Assembly: GCA_033344795.1 (NCBI GenBank)
Contig: JAWPMS010000001.1
Span: forward strand, 2,147,645-2,211,644
Length of the DNA: 64,000 bases
DNA from: Acidimicrobiia bacterium
GTDB lineage: Bacteria > Actinomycetota > Acidimicrobiia > Acidimicrobiales > SHLQ01
Reading direction: 5' to 3'
Below the pieces are notes generated by a model. It saw nothing but the letters and a program-made list of their open reading frames with translations, did no database searches and had not been told where the DNA came from. Of this stretch, positions 44,605 to 53,382 are shown one piece after another; the first letter of the stretch is position 1, and every line of letters begins with the position of its first letter. Position numbers and translations under genes: made by a program.

Positions 44605-45135
44605 CTACGAGGAAAGGGCGTCTCGTACTGCGCCGATGACCTCGTCAGCGGACGGGTAGTCACCAATACGGGCGCCAACGCGGGACCAGCGCAGGTTGAG
44701 GTCTCGATCGATCAGGACAAGACCGGGTCGTTGTGTCGCTTCGGTCCAGATGGGATCGAAACGTTTCGCCTGGCGGACGGCCTGTACATAGGCCTTGGCC
44801 CCGATTGGATGGAACAACCTCCACCACTCGAACCGCTCTGCCGATCCAAGCAGTCGTCGTATCTGGTCATCGGGGTCAAGGAACAGCTCAACCCCGAAAC
44901 CATCCTCGGTCAACTTCTGCGCTTGGTACGCCTCGCGCGTCGCCACGCCGAGGAGCCGCACGTTGAATTGGTCGAGCTCGTCTTGACGCTCACGCAACTG
45001 CGAGAGCAATTCGAGGCAAGGCAGTCAGCCGTAGTAGCGGAGTACCTGCAGCAGGATCGGTCTGTCACCGAGCTCTGTCAGAGGTTGGAGCGTGCCATCG
45101 TGAGCCTGGAGGGTGATGTTCGCGAACGATGGCAT
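44605..45135 (-). CDS. peroxiredoxin-like (AhpC/TSA, PRX_like2-type) protein with in-frame TGA at the first redox position (UxxC): candidate selenoprotein, alternatively a nonsense pseudogene
   Basis: Track ORF 44605..45009 continues in frame upstream to ATG 45135. Reads MPSFANITLQAHDGTLQPLTELGDRPILLQVLRYYG-TGA-LPC-LELLSQLRE. TGA at 45025-45027 sits where this family has CxxC. Confidence 0.55.
44988..45007 (-). other. candidate bacterial SECIS hairpin GCUCUCGC-AGUU-GCGUGAGC
   Basis: Seven Watson-Crick pairs plus one U.U mismatch. Apical loop AGUU starts 25 nt after the UGA, with G at loop position 2. Confidence 0.4.
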
Positions 45136-45272
45136 GTGAAAGAAACCCTTCGAGTGGGCATGAACTTCCCGACTCTTGTTGCCTCGGTCTCAGCAACTCC
45201 TTTTGGTTGGGAAATCGCACGCGAGTTCATTCGGCTCATGACGCGAGTCGTAAGCGTGTTAACAATCATGCG

Positions 45273-46436
45273 ATGGCACTAGAGCGCACCGACACGATTG
45301 ACGACGATATGTCACGACTAGCGCCTTTGCCGGCGACACGTTCGCAATCGCGTGTACACGAGCGAAGACACGACCTCGATGCTCTGCGAGCCTTTGCAAT
45401 GTTGGCTGGTGTCGCGCTTCACGCCGCTATCGCCTTTGTGCCGTATAGCGCCACAGAAGGCGAGGCGTTCGCCTGGGGATTCTTCGAGTTCATACACGGA
45501 TTTCGCATGCCGATCTTCTTCATGTTGAGCGGGTACTTCACGGCCATGTTGTGGCGCTCTCGAGGGCTGCGTGGGCTTCTGTCGCATCGCATCCGGCGCA
45601 TCGGCATCCCGTTTGTGGTTGGGGTGTTCACAATCGTGCCCCTCGTACGTCTGTCGTATGTGGCCGCCGACGGACTCGTCGACGGGGCCGGTAGCCATGT
45701 TCCGGCGGCGATTACCCTCTCGCACCTATGGTTCCTGTGGTTTCTCGTCTGGATGATCGCTGGTTTCGCGGTCGCCGCTGCAGCGATCGATGCGGCAACC
45801 AGCGCTGGCTGGTTTCAGAAGTTGCTGTCCTCGCCGAAGCTGGTCCTGCTTGGCCTGGTTGCGCTGCCGCTACTGACGATCGTCCCGTCAACTCGAATGG
45901 CCGACGACGTCTTTGGTGCAGACTTCTCTGACACGTTCATACCAAACGACGGAGTGCTCGCCTTCTATACGGGTTTCTTTGTCTTTGGGGCCTTGCTCTT
46001 CGGCCGGGCGACGGCCTCTGGCGACGAGTTCATCGACGTGCTGGGTAGATGGTGGGGACTGCAGTTGCTGGTTGGTTCGCTTGTGTTGTTCCCGCTCGGG
46101 CAGTGGTTGATGCAGGACAATTGGAACGCTTCCGCGGTCGTTCAGGTTGCCTTTGCTTGGACCATGAGTTTTGGCCTTCTCGGACTGTTCCGCACGGTTC
46201 TGAACAGACAGCGCGCGTGGGTCAGCTGGCTCTCGGATGCGTCATATTGGATGTATCTGGTCCACCTTCCGCTGGTTATCGTGGGCCAGGGGGCTGCAAG
46301 CAGCCTCGGACTCGCGCCGATAGTCGCCTTCCCGGCGATTTTTGCTCTGACGACTGTTCTGTTGTTGATCTCGTATCAATACGCCGTCCGGTACTCACCG
46401 ATTGGCACGATGTTGAATGGCGCTCGGACTCGATAG
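45273..46436 (+). CDS. acyltransferase-3 family integral membrane protein
   Basis: ORF 45129..46436. ATG 45273. RRHDLDALRAFAMLAGVALH followed by about 10 TM helices. Confidence 0.75.
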   Translation: MALERTDTIDDDMSRLAPLPATRSQSRVHERRHDLDALRAFAMLAGVALHAAIAFVPYSATEGEAFAWGFFEFIHGFRMPIFFMLSGYFTAMLWRSRGLRGLLSHRIRRIGIPFVVGVFTIVPLVRLSYVAADGLVDGAGSHVPAAITLSHLWFLWFLVWMIAGFAVAAAAIDAATSAGWFQKLLSSPKLVLLGLVALPLLTIVPSTRMADDVFGADFSDTFIPNDGVLAFYTGFFVFGALLFGRATASGDEFIDVLGRWWGLQLLVGSLVLFPLGQWLMQDNWNASAVVQVAFAWTMSFGLLGLFRTVLNRQRAWVSWLSDASYWMYLVHLPLVIVGQGAASSLGLAPIVAFPAIFALTTVLLLISYQYAVRYSPIGTMLNGARTR

Positions 46437-46472
46437 ACGCCGACCTGCTGGTCCGCCGGCACGTACACTCTC

Positions 46473-46913
46473 GTGATGACAGCCGTTGTTGGGTTGCAGA
46501 CCGCTCTTGCCGCGCGGATGGACATGCGAAGCGCGGAGTCGGTCGAGATCCGCGATGGGCATGGGATCACCGGCGATCGTTATGAGAATGCTCGCCATCG
46601 TCAGGTGACCGTGCAATCGCTCGAAGAGATCGCGCGGGCTGAGGAAGAGATCGGTCGGCCGCTCGAGGCGATTCACACCCGACGCAACATCACCATCGAT
46701 TCCGGACTGCTCGATCGGACTCCTGGATCCAGACTGATGATCGGTGAGGTTGAGCTCGAGGTCGTACGAGATGCTGCTCCCTGCAAGTTGCTCGAGGACA
46801 ACCTGGGTCGAGACGCAAAACTCGCTCTGCACAAGCGTGCCGGCGTCGTGTATCGCACGATCGTCGGTGGAACGATCGCGCTCGGCGATCCGGTCGTCAT
46901 CGGCCCGATCTAG
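46473..46913 (+). CDS. MOSC-domain protein
   Basis: 146-aa ORF. GITGDRY…RQVTVQS…RRNITI…C(KLL) pattern of MOSC beta-barrel proteins. Confidence 0.65.
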   Translation: MMTAVVGLQTALAARMDMRSAESVEIRDGHGITGDRYENARHRQVTVQSLEEIARAEEEIGRPLEAIHTRRNITIDSGLLDRTPGSRLMIGEVELEVVRDAAPCKLLEDNLGRDAKLALHKRAGVVYRTIVGGTIALGDPVVIGPI

Positions 46914-46924
46914 CGCTGCCGGGG

Positions 46925-47920
46925 TCAGCGAACCTCGACGACGACCTTGCCCTTTGCGCGACGCTCCGCGAGTTCGCGAATCGCCTCGGCGCCCTCGGAG
47001 AGTGGGTACCTGCTGGTCACATGCGGCTTGATCTTCCCGGCCGCGTACATGGTGAAGAGTTCCTCGACGTTGGCGCGATGGATGTCTGGGCTGACCATCG
47101 TGAACGCACCCCAGAACACTCCGACGATCTGGCACGATTTCAGCAACGCAAGATTCAGCGGGATCTTCGGGATTCCGGCGGGAAAGCCGATCACGAGAAA
47201 CCGCCCTTCCCAATTCATGGCGCGAAGTGCGGGTTCAGCGAAGTCGCCGCCAACCGCGTCGTACACGATGTCGACGCCACCACCACCCGCTGCTTTGATC
47301 TCTGAGGACAACGCCTTCTGTGCGTCACGATCGAGCGGACCGTGTGGATAGACGATGCCGCTATCGGCTCCATTCTCGATGCATAGATCGACCTTTTCCT
47401 GGCTCGAACACCCGGCGATCACGGTCAGACCCATGGCCTTGCCGAGCTGAACGGCAGCGAGACCGACGCCTCCCGCGGCTCCGAGGATGAACAACGTTTC
47501 ACCCTCTTTGGCGATGGCCCGCTGGCGAAGCGCGTGATGGCTGGTGCCGTAGGTCAAGAGGAACGACGCTGCCTCATCGTGTGGCATGCCGTCGGGGATG
47601 GGTATGACGGTCGCAGCAGGGACCGCGATCTGCTCGGTCATGCCCCCGTGTCCTGGGGCAGACAACACCCGGTCGCCAATGGCGAACGACTCGACTCCCT
47701 CTCCGACAGACGAGATGACTCCAGAAACCTCTGCGCCCGGTGCGAAGGGGCGAGGTGGCTTTAACTGGTAGAGATCTTCGATGATCAAAACGTCGGGGAA
47801 GTTCACCGACGCAGCGTGGACGTCGATGACGACCTCACCTGGTCCAGCCGTTGGAGCATCGATGTCGGACAGAACGAGTGTGTCGGGGCCGCCGACCTCG
47901 ACGGAGAGAAGTGACTTCAT
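46925..47920 (-). CDS. NADPH:quinone oxidoreductase (MDR/zeta-crystallin family)
   Basis: 331-aa ORF. GEVVIDVHAASVNFPD… and LFILGAAGGVGLAAVQLGKAMG. Confidence 0.85.
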   Translation of the reverse strand: MKSLLSVEVGGPDTLVLSDIDAPTAGPGEVVIDVHAASVNFPDVLIIEDLYQLKPPRPFAPGAEVSGVISSVGEGVESFAIGDRVLSAPGHGGMTEQIAVPAATVIPIPDGMPHDEAASFLLTYGTSHHALRQRAIAKEGETLFILGAAGGVGLAAVQLGKAMGLTVIAGCSSQEKVDLCIENGADSGIVYPHGPLDRDAQKALSSEIKAAGGGGVDIVYDAVGGDFAEPALRAMNWEGRFLVIGFPAGIPKIPLNLALLKSCQIVGVFWGAFTMVSPDIHRANVEELFTMYAAGKIKPHVTSRYPLSEGAEAIRELAERRAKGKVVVEVR

Positions 47921-47961
47921 GCCCCATCTCTAGCCGTCGAAGCTCGACGAGTACGAATCGT

Positions 47962-48489
47962 TCAGGTCTCGCCGGGGAGCACGATGGTGTTGAGGAGGAG
48001 CCGCCGTCTTCCGGGAGCTGGTTCGTTGGACAGCCGATTCTCCACCAGTTCTCGCAGCTCCTCGGCAAACTCGTCGAACTCTTCGGTAGAAAGCCAGAGC
48101 GGCACCTGGGTGTAGCCAACGCGATCCTTCTCGAGGTCGAAGTCATCCCGCTCGAGATATCTCGAATAGTCCGTGAGCAACATGCCAACGAAGGTCGCAA
48201 AGAATCGGAAATGTTCCTCGGCGCCGACGTCGGCCATGTCGTCGTAGTTCAACATGACCGCGGCTTCAATGGTTGCGTATGTGCGCTCGACGCCGCCGCG
48301 GATCGGCCGCTCGTCGACCACCTTCAACAACCCGCCATCGACAAGTGCTTTCAGATGTCGATACAGACTTGCCTGCGAGACGTCTCGCAGAACCTCGAGC
48401 ACCTCGCTCGCCGTCATGGGCTGCTTGACGAGTAGCTGGACCACCTTGAGCCGGACCGGGTGAAGAAGAAGATCGCGCTTGACTCTCAT
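47962..48489 (-). CDS. ArsR-like winged-helix transcriptional regulator
   Basis: ORF 47962..48537. ATG 48489. LLHPVRLKVVQLLVKQPMTASEVLEVLRDVSQASLYRHLKALVDGGLL. Confidence 0.75.
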   Translation of the reverse strand: MRVKRDLLLHPVRLKVVQLLVKQPMTASEVLEVLRDVSQASLYRHLKALVDGGLLKVVDERPIRGGVERTYATIEAAVMLNYDDMADVGAEEHFRFFATFVGMLLTDYSRYLERDDFDLEKDRVGYTQVPLWLSTEEFDEFAEELRELVENRLSNEPAPGRRRLLLNTIVLPGET

Positions 48490-48567
48490 AATTGAGAATG
48501 TTATCACTATTGAGAACGCTAGTAAAGGACCGGGCACGTTCGCCGGCGAAGAAACTTGGTACGCAAC

Positions 48568-49506
48568 ATGCAGACGACAGAAATCTCCTTTCGCTCGGGT
48601 GTGACGAAGCTGGTTGGCACACTCACCGAACCGACGCCGAGAGGCCGCGGCCCGATCGCATTGCTCATCAGCGGGTCAGGAAAGATCGATCGAGACTCCA
48701 ACATGAAACGGATGCCGATCGACGTCATGGGACAGGTGGCCGCGCATCTCGAGGGCGCCGGAGTCAGCTCGTTTCGTTATGACAAACGCGGAGTGGGTGC
48801 CAGCGAGGGTGACTTCTCGACCACCGGATTTCACGACAACGTGACCGATGCGAAGGCAGCGATTGCATCGCTCCGGGACCGACTGCAGGTTCAGGAACGG
48901 CCGATGTTCGTCGTCGGACACAGTGAAGGTGCACTCATCGCCGCCGAACTCGTTGCTGCTGACAGCACCTTGGCTGGAGCCGTCCTGCTCGCCGGCACGG
49001 CGACATCGGGTGAAGACGTCCTTCGTTGGCAGGCCGAAGGCCTCGCCAAGACGTTGCCGAAACCGGTCAAGTTGATCATGGGCCTTCTCCGACAGGACCT
49101 TGCGAAGACGCAAAGCAAACGTCTTGCTCAGATCAAGGCGAGTACCGATGACGTCATTCGTATGCAGTTCGTGAAAGTGAATGCGAAGTGGATGCGCGAG
49201 TTCATGGCACACGACCCCCAAGAGACACTGCTTAGGATCGATCTGCCTCTTCTGGCGATTACCGGATCGAAAGACGTCCAGGTGAATCCTGCCGACGTGG
49301 AGCGAATCGTCGAGCTCGCGGGAGAAGACAGCTCGGGTCACGTGCTTGAAGACGTCACCCATCTTCTTCGAAGCGACGACGGCCCAGCCACCGTGCGCAC
49401 CTACAAGAAACAGATCAAGCGGCCCGTCGATGTGCGAGTGTTGAACATGATCTCGACTTGGATCACTGATGTTGCCGCTGAGGTGGCTGTTGAGAGCGCC
49501 TCGTGA
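48568..49506 (+). CDS. alpha/beta hydrolase
   Basis: ORF 48556..49506. Nucleophile elbow VVGHSEGA. Confidence 0.75.
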   Translation: MQTTEISFRSGVTKLVGTLTEPTPRGRGPIALLISGSGKIDRDSNMKRMPIDVMGQVAAHLEGAGVSSFRYDKRGVGASEGDFSTTGFHDNVTDAKAAIASLRDRLQVQERPMFVVGHSEGALIAAELVAADSTLAGAVLLAGTATSGEDVLRWQAEGLAKTLPKPVKLIMGLLRQDLAKTQSKRLAQIKASTDDVIRMQFVKVNAKWMREFMAHDPQETLLRIDLPLLAITGSKDVQVNPADVERIVELAGEDSSGHVLEDVTHLLRSDDGPATVRTYKKQIKRPVDVRVLNMISTWITDVAAEVAVESAS

Positions 49507-50414
49507 GTGCGGCGATCACGTCTCGTTCGCTCACGTACGAGTACGCCCCCGGGGTGGGCGCGGTCGAACTGGACCTCGAAGTGCCGACCGGGCAGGTGTA
49601 CGGATTCCTCGGCCCAAACGGGGCTGGGAAATCGACGGCGATCCGGATGCTGACATCGCTCATCCGAGCACAGCGCGGCTCGGTTTCCGTGCTCGATCTC
49701 GATCCATGGAGGGACGCCACGGCGCTGCACCGGCGGATCGGCGTGCTCGCATCAGACCAGCCCGCACCACGTCACCACAACGGGGAATCGCTGCTCCGGC
49801 TCTTGGCAAGTCTGCGAAAACAACCGGACGTGGTTCAACGTGGCCATCAGTTCGCCGAGCGATTGAGCCTCGACCTGTCGAAGAAAGGCCACGAGCTTTC
49901 GCTGGGTAACAGGCAGAAGCTCGGTTTGGTCACCGCTCTGGCACACGAACCGGAACTCATCATTCTCGACGAACCCACCAATGGGCTCGACCCGCTGCTG
50001 CAACGCGAGATTGGGGTCCTGCTGCGCGAGATCGCCGACGAGGGGAGGACCGTGTTGCTTTCGTCGCATTCGCTTCACGACGTCGAGGCGGTGGCCGATC
50101 ACGTGGGGTTCATCCGAGACGCCCGATTGGTTGAGCAGTTGCCCCTTGCCTCCCTCGCCCAACGTGCGGTTCGTCGAGTGCGTTTCAGATTCGGGAGTGA
50201 CGCGGTGGCCGCTGCGGACTTCGACTCGGTACCAAACACCGAGGGCATCACCGTTGCAGACGACGGTGAGGTCACCGTGCAATATCGCGGACCTGTCGCT
50301 GCATTGCTCACCCGTGCGGGGGAGCTCGGCGCTGTCACGATCGAAGCACATCCCGTCGAACTCGAGGAGACCTTTCTGGCCCTGTATCGCGGCGACGAGG
50401 AGGTGGGCTCATGA
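49503..50414 (+). CDS. ABC transporter ATP-binding protein (ABC-2 type)
   Basis: 303-aa ORF. Walker A GPNGAGKST, signature LSLGNRQK, Walker B IILDEP. GTGA overlap with the hydrolase gene. Confidence 0.85.
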   Translation: MSAAITSRSLTYEYAPGVGAVELDLEVPTGQVYGFLGPNGAGKSTAIRMLTSLIRAQRGSVSVLDLDPWRDATALHRRIGVLASDQPAPRHHNGESLLRLLASLRKQPDVVQRGHQFAERLSLDLSKKGHELSLGNRQKLGLVTALAHEPELIILDEPTNGLDPLLQREIGVLLREIADEGRTVLLSSHSLHDVEAVADHVGFIRDARLVEQLPLASLAQRAVRRVRFRFGSDAVAAADFDSVPNTEGITVADDGEVTVQYRGPVAALLTRAGELGAVTIEAHPVELEETFLALYRGDEEVGS

Positions 50415-51193
50415 TCACGCTGACGATCGATCTGCTTCGCTCTCGAAGGATCCTCGTTCTCGGAATCTGCGCTGGACTGTTGTTCACCTCGATCGGCTAC
50501 CTTGCGCTTTACCCGAGCTTCGATGACCAGCTGCAAGGACTTGCGGACGATCTACCCGACGCATACAAAGCCTTCATCGGCGATGCCGATATCGCAAGCC
50601 CCGAGGGGTACATCCGCAGTCAGGTGTACAGCCTGATCGCCCCACTCCTCGTCGCTGGAGCCGCGATCGCGGCCGGTTCGAGTCTTGCTCGGGCGGAGCG
50701 AGATCAGACACTTGTCGTCTTCGCCGTTCAGCCGCTCAGCCGACGCGCCCTGGCCGGGGCGTGGTGGGCTTTCGTGGCGATTGTTGCGACCATCGGCGGA
50801 CTGGCATCGTTCATCGGCGTGCTCATCGGTGGGCCGCTCGCCGGCGCGGAGGTCGGCGTTGATCGAGTGCTTCTTGCGACGCTGCCCATGCTGATTTTTG
50901 GCTTGCTCATCGGCAGCGTTGCACTACTGGTCTCGACCCTGACAGGTGCACCAGGCATGGCGACCGGTCTCGGCTGGATGACGATTCTGATCGCGTTCTT
51001 GGCGAACTCACTCGCCGAGTTGATCGATGGGCTCAGCTGGCTCTCGAACATCAACCCCTGGTCCTGGCACGGAGCAGGGGAGGCCCTCACCGGCGAGTTC
51101 AATTCGGGCCACTTCGTCCTGCTGTTGGTGACCACGATGGTTGTGACGGTCGCGGCGATCACGGCCTTCGAGCGTCGAAACCTTCACCTCTGA
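50411..51193 (+). CDS. ABC-2 type transporter permease
   Basis: 260-aa ORF with 6 predicted TM segments. ATGA overlap with the ATPase gene. Confidence 0.75.
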   Translation: MITLTIDLLRSRRILVLGICAGLLFTSIGYLALYPSFDDQLQGLADDLPDAYKAFIGDADIASPEGYIRSQVYSLIAPLLVAGAAIAAGSSLARAERDQTLVVFAVQPLSRRALAGAWWAFVAIVATIGGLASFIGVLIGGPLAGAEVGVDRVLLATLPMLIFGLLIGSVALLVSTLTGAPGMATGLGWMTILIAFLANSLAELIDGLSWLSNINPWSWHGAGEALTGEFNSGHFVLLLVTTMVVTVAAITAFERRNLHL

Positions 51194-51196
51194 AGT

Positions 51197-51805
51197 TCAC
51201 CGCAGGTCGAGCGTGAAGATACCTCTCTCGTTGGTGTTGGGGTCTGACCGAAAAAAGCGGGCGAGGTCTGGTTCGCCATCACCATCGGTCAGGGTTTGAA
51301 ATTTCAGCCGAAACTGGACGCGTGCAGCACTGTCGTCAATGGCGCTCCTAACCGCTTCGGTGACATCACATTCGACACTGCCCGCAGTGGGACGAACGCA
51401 CTCAACGGCCTCGCCAATCGCCGCAAGGTCGAAGTTCTCGCGGTCGAAACTGTCATAAGCGATCGGCTCCGCGAGCAAGGTTCCCAGGTCGGTGAAGGGA
51501 CTCCCACGTGGATCGAGCAATTCTGACCTGAGCATCGCCTCCTCGGGTGCGGGCAGGACGAACGGCAGTTGAAATGTCAACCAGATCTGGATTCCATCGT
51601 CGGGCGGGAAATTTGGGTTCAAATCGTCCCCCGCGAACAGGCCAGTGCCACTACCAGCAAATCCACGTGGCGTGTGTCCTTCCATTCCGCCGCCCTGATT
51701 GGATATCTGGTGCGGAAGATTCGGGCCGACCGCGAGATCTGCGAGCGGTCCCGTCGAGGCACATGCCGTGAGAACCACGATGACAAGACCGAGAACGATA
51801 CGCAC
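51197..51805 (-). CDS. hypothetical lipoprotein
   Basis: 202-aa ORF. Signal/lipobox MRIVLGLVIVVLTAC. Confidence 0.55.
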   Translation of the reverse strand: MRIVLGLVIVVLTACASTGPLADLAVGPNLPHQISNQGGGMEGHTPRGFAGSGTGLFAGDDLNPNFPPDDGIQIWLTFQLPFVLPAPEEAMLRSELLDPRGSPFTDLGTLLAEPIAYDSFDRENFDLAAIGEAVECVRPTAGSVECDVTEAVRSAIDDSAARVQFRLKFQTLTDGDGEPDLARFFRSDPNTNERGIFTLDLR

Positions 51806-51927
51806 TTCTAAGCAACCCGAGCGGTCGTGCCTCTGTTCCCCGGGGCCGTCCGGAAACGCTGTTGCCCGCCTGCGGCAGCGGAACCTCCGCGGTTGTAGAA
51901 TGCATTTCGTCGACGACAGGGCGAGAT

Positions 51928-53163
51928 GTGACAGTGGCTCCAGCAGTTCTTGCAGGCGACGTGATCGTGGTGGGGAACGCCTCCGACGACCCGTTCGCGA
52001 TCGACATCGCGTATGCCTTGGGACAATCCGAAGACATCGCTGACATGATCAGCATGAAGGAGTTTGCGAACAGCGAGTTCTGCCCGCGCTTCATCTCCGA
52101 CGAGAGTGACCTGACGGCGATCGGTCATCGCCTTGTTGGCAAGACGATCGTGATCGTCAGTACGACGAGTTTGACCCTGACTCGCAACGCGCTTGCGATG
52201 CGCAACCTGCTGATCGCCCGCGCAGCCAAAGACAACGGTGCCGAGGCGGTCGTGCTGGTCGAACCAGATCTGTTCTTCAGCGCGCAAGACCGGGGGCCGC
52301 GTCACGACCAGGGGGCAACGCACTTCGAGCGAGACATCGCCGACCTGAAGAAGTTCGATGGCCAGCCATTCTCGTCGCGGCTCTATGCCCAGATGCTGCG
52401 ACTCGCCGGTGTCGACCGCGTGGTAACCGTCCACAATCACTCGGTTGCAGTGCAAGCCGAGTTCACCGAAGTCTTCGAAGGACGGTTTCACAACCTCATC
52501 CCGTACGACGTCTACGGCGACTATCTGCACAACTCGAACATCGTTGATTTCGAGGGAGACGGTGATGGGCTCGTGTTGTGTGCGCCCGACAAAGGTGCTC
52601 GAGAATTCGTTCGCGAGATGTTCAACACCTTGTCGCTCCCAAAGGCCAAGTTCGTGCTTCTCGACAAGGAGCGCAGCGGCGAACGCGATGTCGAAATCAC
52701 CCTGCATGCCGAGAGCGACAACGGCATCGATGAGATCGCTGGACATGACCTGGTGCTCTTCGATGACATGGTGCGAACCGGTTCGACGGTGGTCAAGTCG
52801 TGTGAGTTCCTCAAGACGGCGAAACTGCATCGGACCGTGTTTGCCGTCTCGCACTTCTACGCGAGCTCCGAGGGTCGAGAGAAGATGGCGAGTCCGGCCA
52901 TCGATGAGATTCTCACCCTGAACACGCTGCCGACAGTGTTGAATCGCGACGTCCAGGGCCGACTCCGCAAGAAACTCGTCGTGCTCAAGATCGAACAATG
53001 GCTGGCGCGAAATCTCGCCGACATTCTCGAGTTTCCTGCGCCAGAAAACGACAGTCTCTATCTGATTGACATGTCGTCGAAGAACCCTCGCTTCAAGCAC
53101 AAGATCTGGTCCAATGATCAGCTTGCAAGCCTCAAGGGCGAAGTCCCGCTCCCGTTCGTCTGA
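51928..53163 (+). CDS. divergent ribose-phosphate pyrophosphokinase (PRPP synthetase)-like protein with C-terminal extension
   Basis: ORF 51862..53163. Prs-like N-half (VIVVGNASDDPFAIDIAYALG…NSEF…VLVEPDLFFSAQDR) and PRPP-binding loop LVLFDDMVRTGSTV. Start uncertain (TTG 51862, GTG 51928 or 51934). Confidence 0.6.
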   Translation: MTVAPAVLAGDVIVVGNASDDPFAIDIAYALGQSEDIADMISMKEFANSEFCPRFISDESDLTAIGHRLVGKTIVIVSTTSLTLTRNALAMRNLLIARAAKDNGAEAVVLVEPDLFFSAQDRGPRHDQGATHFERDIADLKKFDGQPFSSRLYAQMLRLAGVDRVVTVHNHSVAVQAEFTEVFEGRFHNLIPYDVYGDYLHNSNIVDFEGDGDGLVLCAPDKGAREFVREMFNTLSLPKAKFVLLDKERSGERDVEITLHAESDNGIDEIAGHDLVLFDDMVRTGSTVVKSCEFLKTAKLHRTVFAVSHFYASSEGREKMASPAIDEILTLNTLPTVLNRDVQGRLRKKLVVLKIEQWLARNLADILEFPAPENDSLYLIDMSSKNPRFKHKIWSNDQLASLKGEVPLPFV

Positions 53164-53382
53164 CAGCACACGGCGGGCGAGCAGGAAGCCATCGGCGGTC
53201 ACCATTCGGGCTGCCTTCAGCAAGCTTTGGGTTTGTTGAATCACGCAACGTGGTGATATGTTCCTCTTCAGCGGACGAAGAGTGGGCGTGCCTTGGGGTG
53301 GGGGCGACGAGATGAGCGGGCATTTTGGGCGAATGCAGCTGCTGGTGAGTTGGGTGGCTGGGGCGAAGAGTGAGGCGGTGCC

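Noticed and set aside
44599-45282. 227-aa plus-strand ORF covering the Prx-like locus.
   Set aside because: It has no family resemblance. The opposite strand encodes a recognisable thioredoxin-fold protein in a continuous frame.
48491-48516. Direct repeat ATTGAGAA-N10-ATTGAGAA in the ArsR-like/hydrolase divergent promoter.
   Set aside because: It is short and sits in an AT-rich promoter context where such repeats arise by chance. It is noted as a possible operator only.
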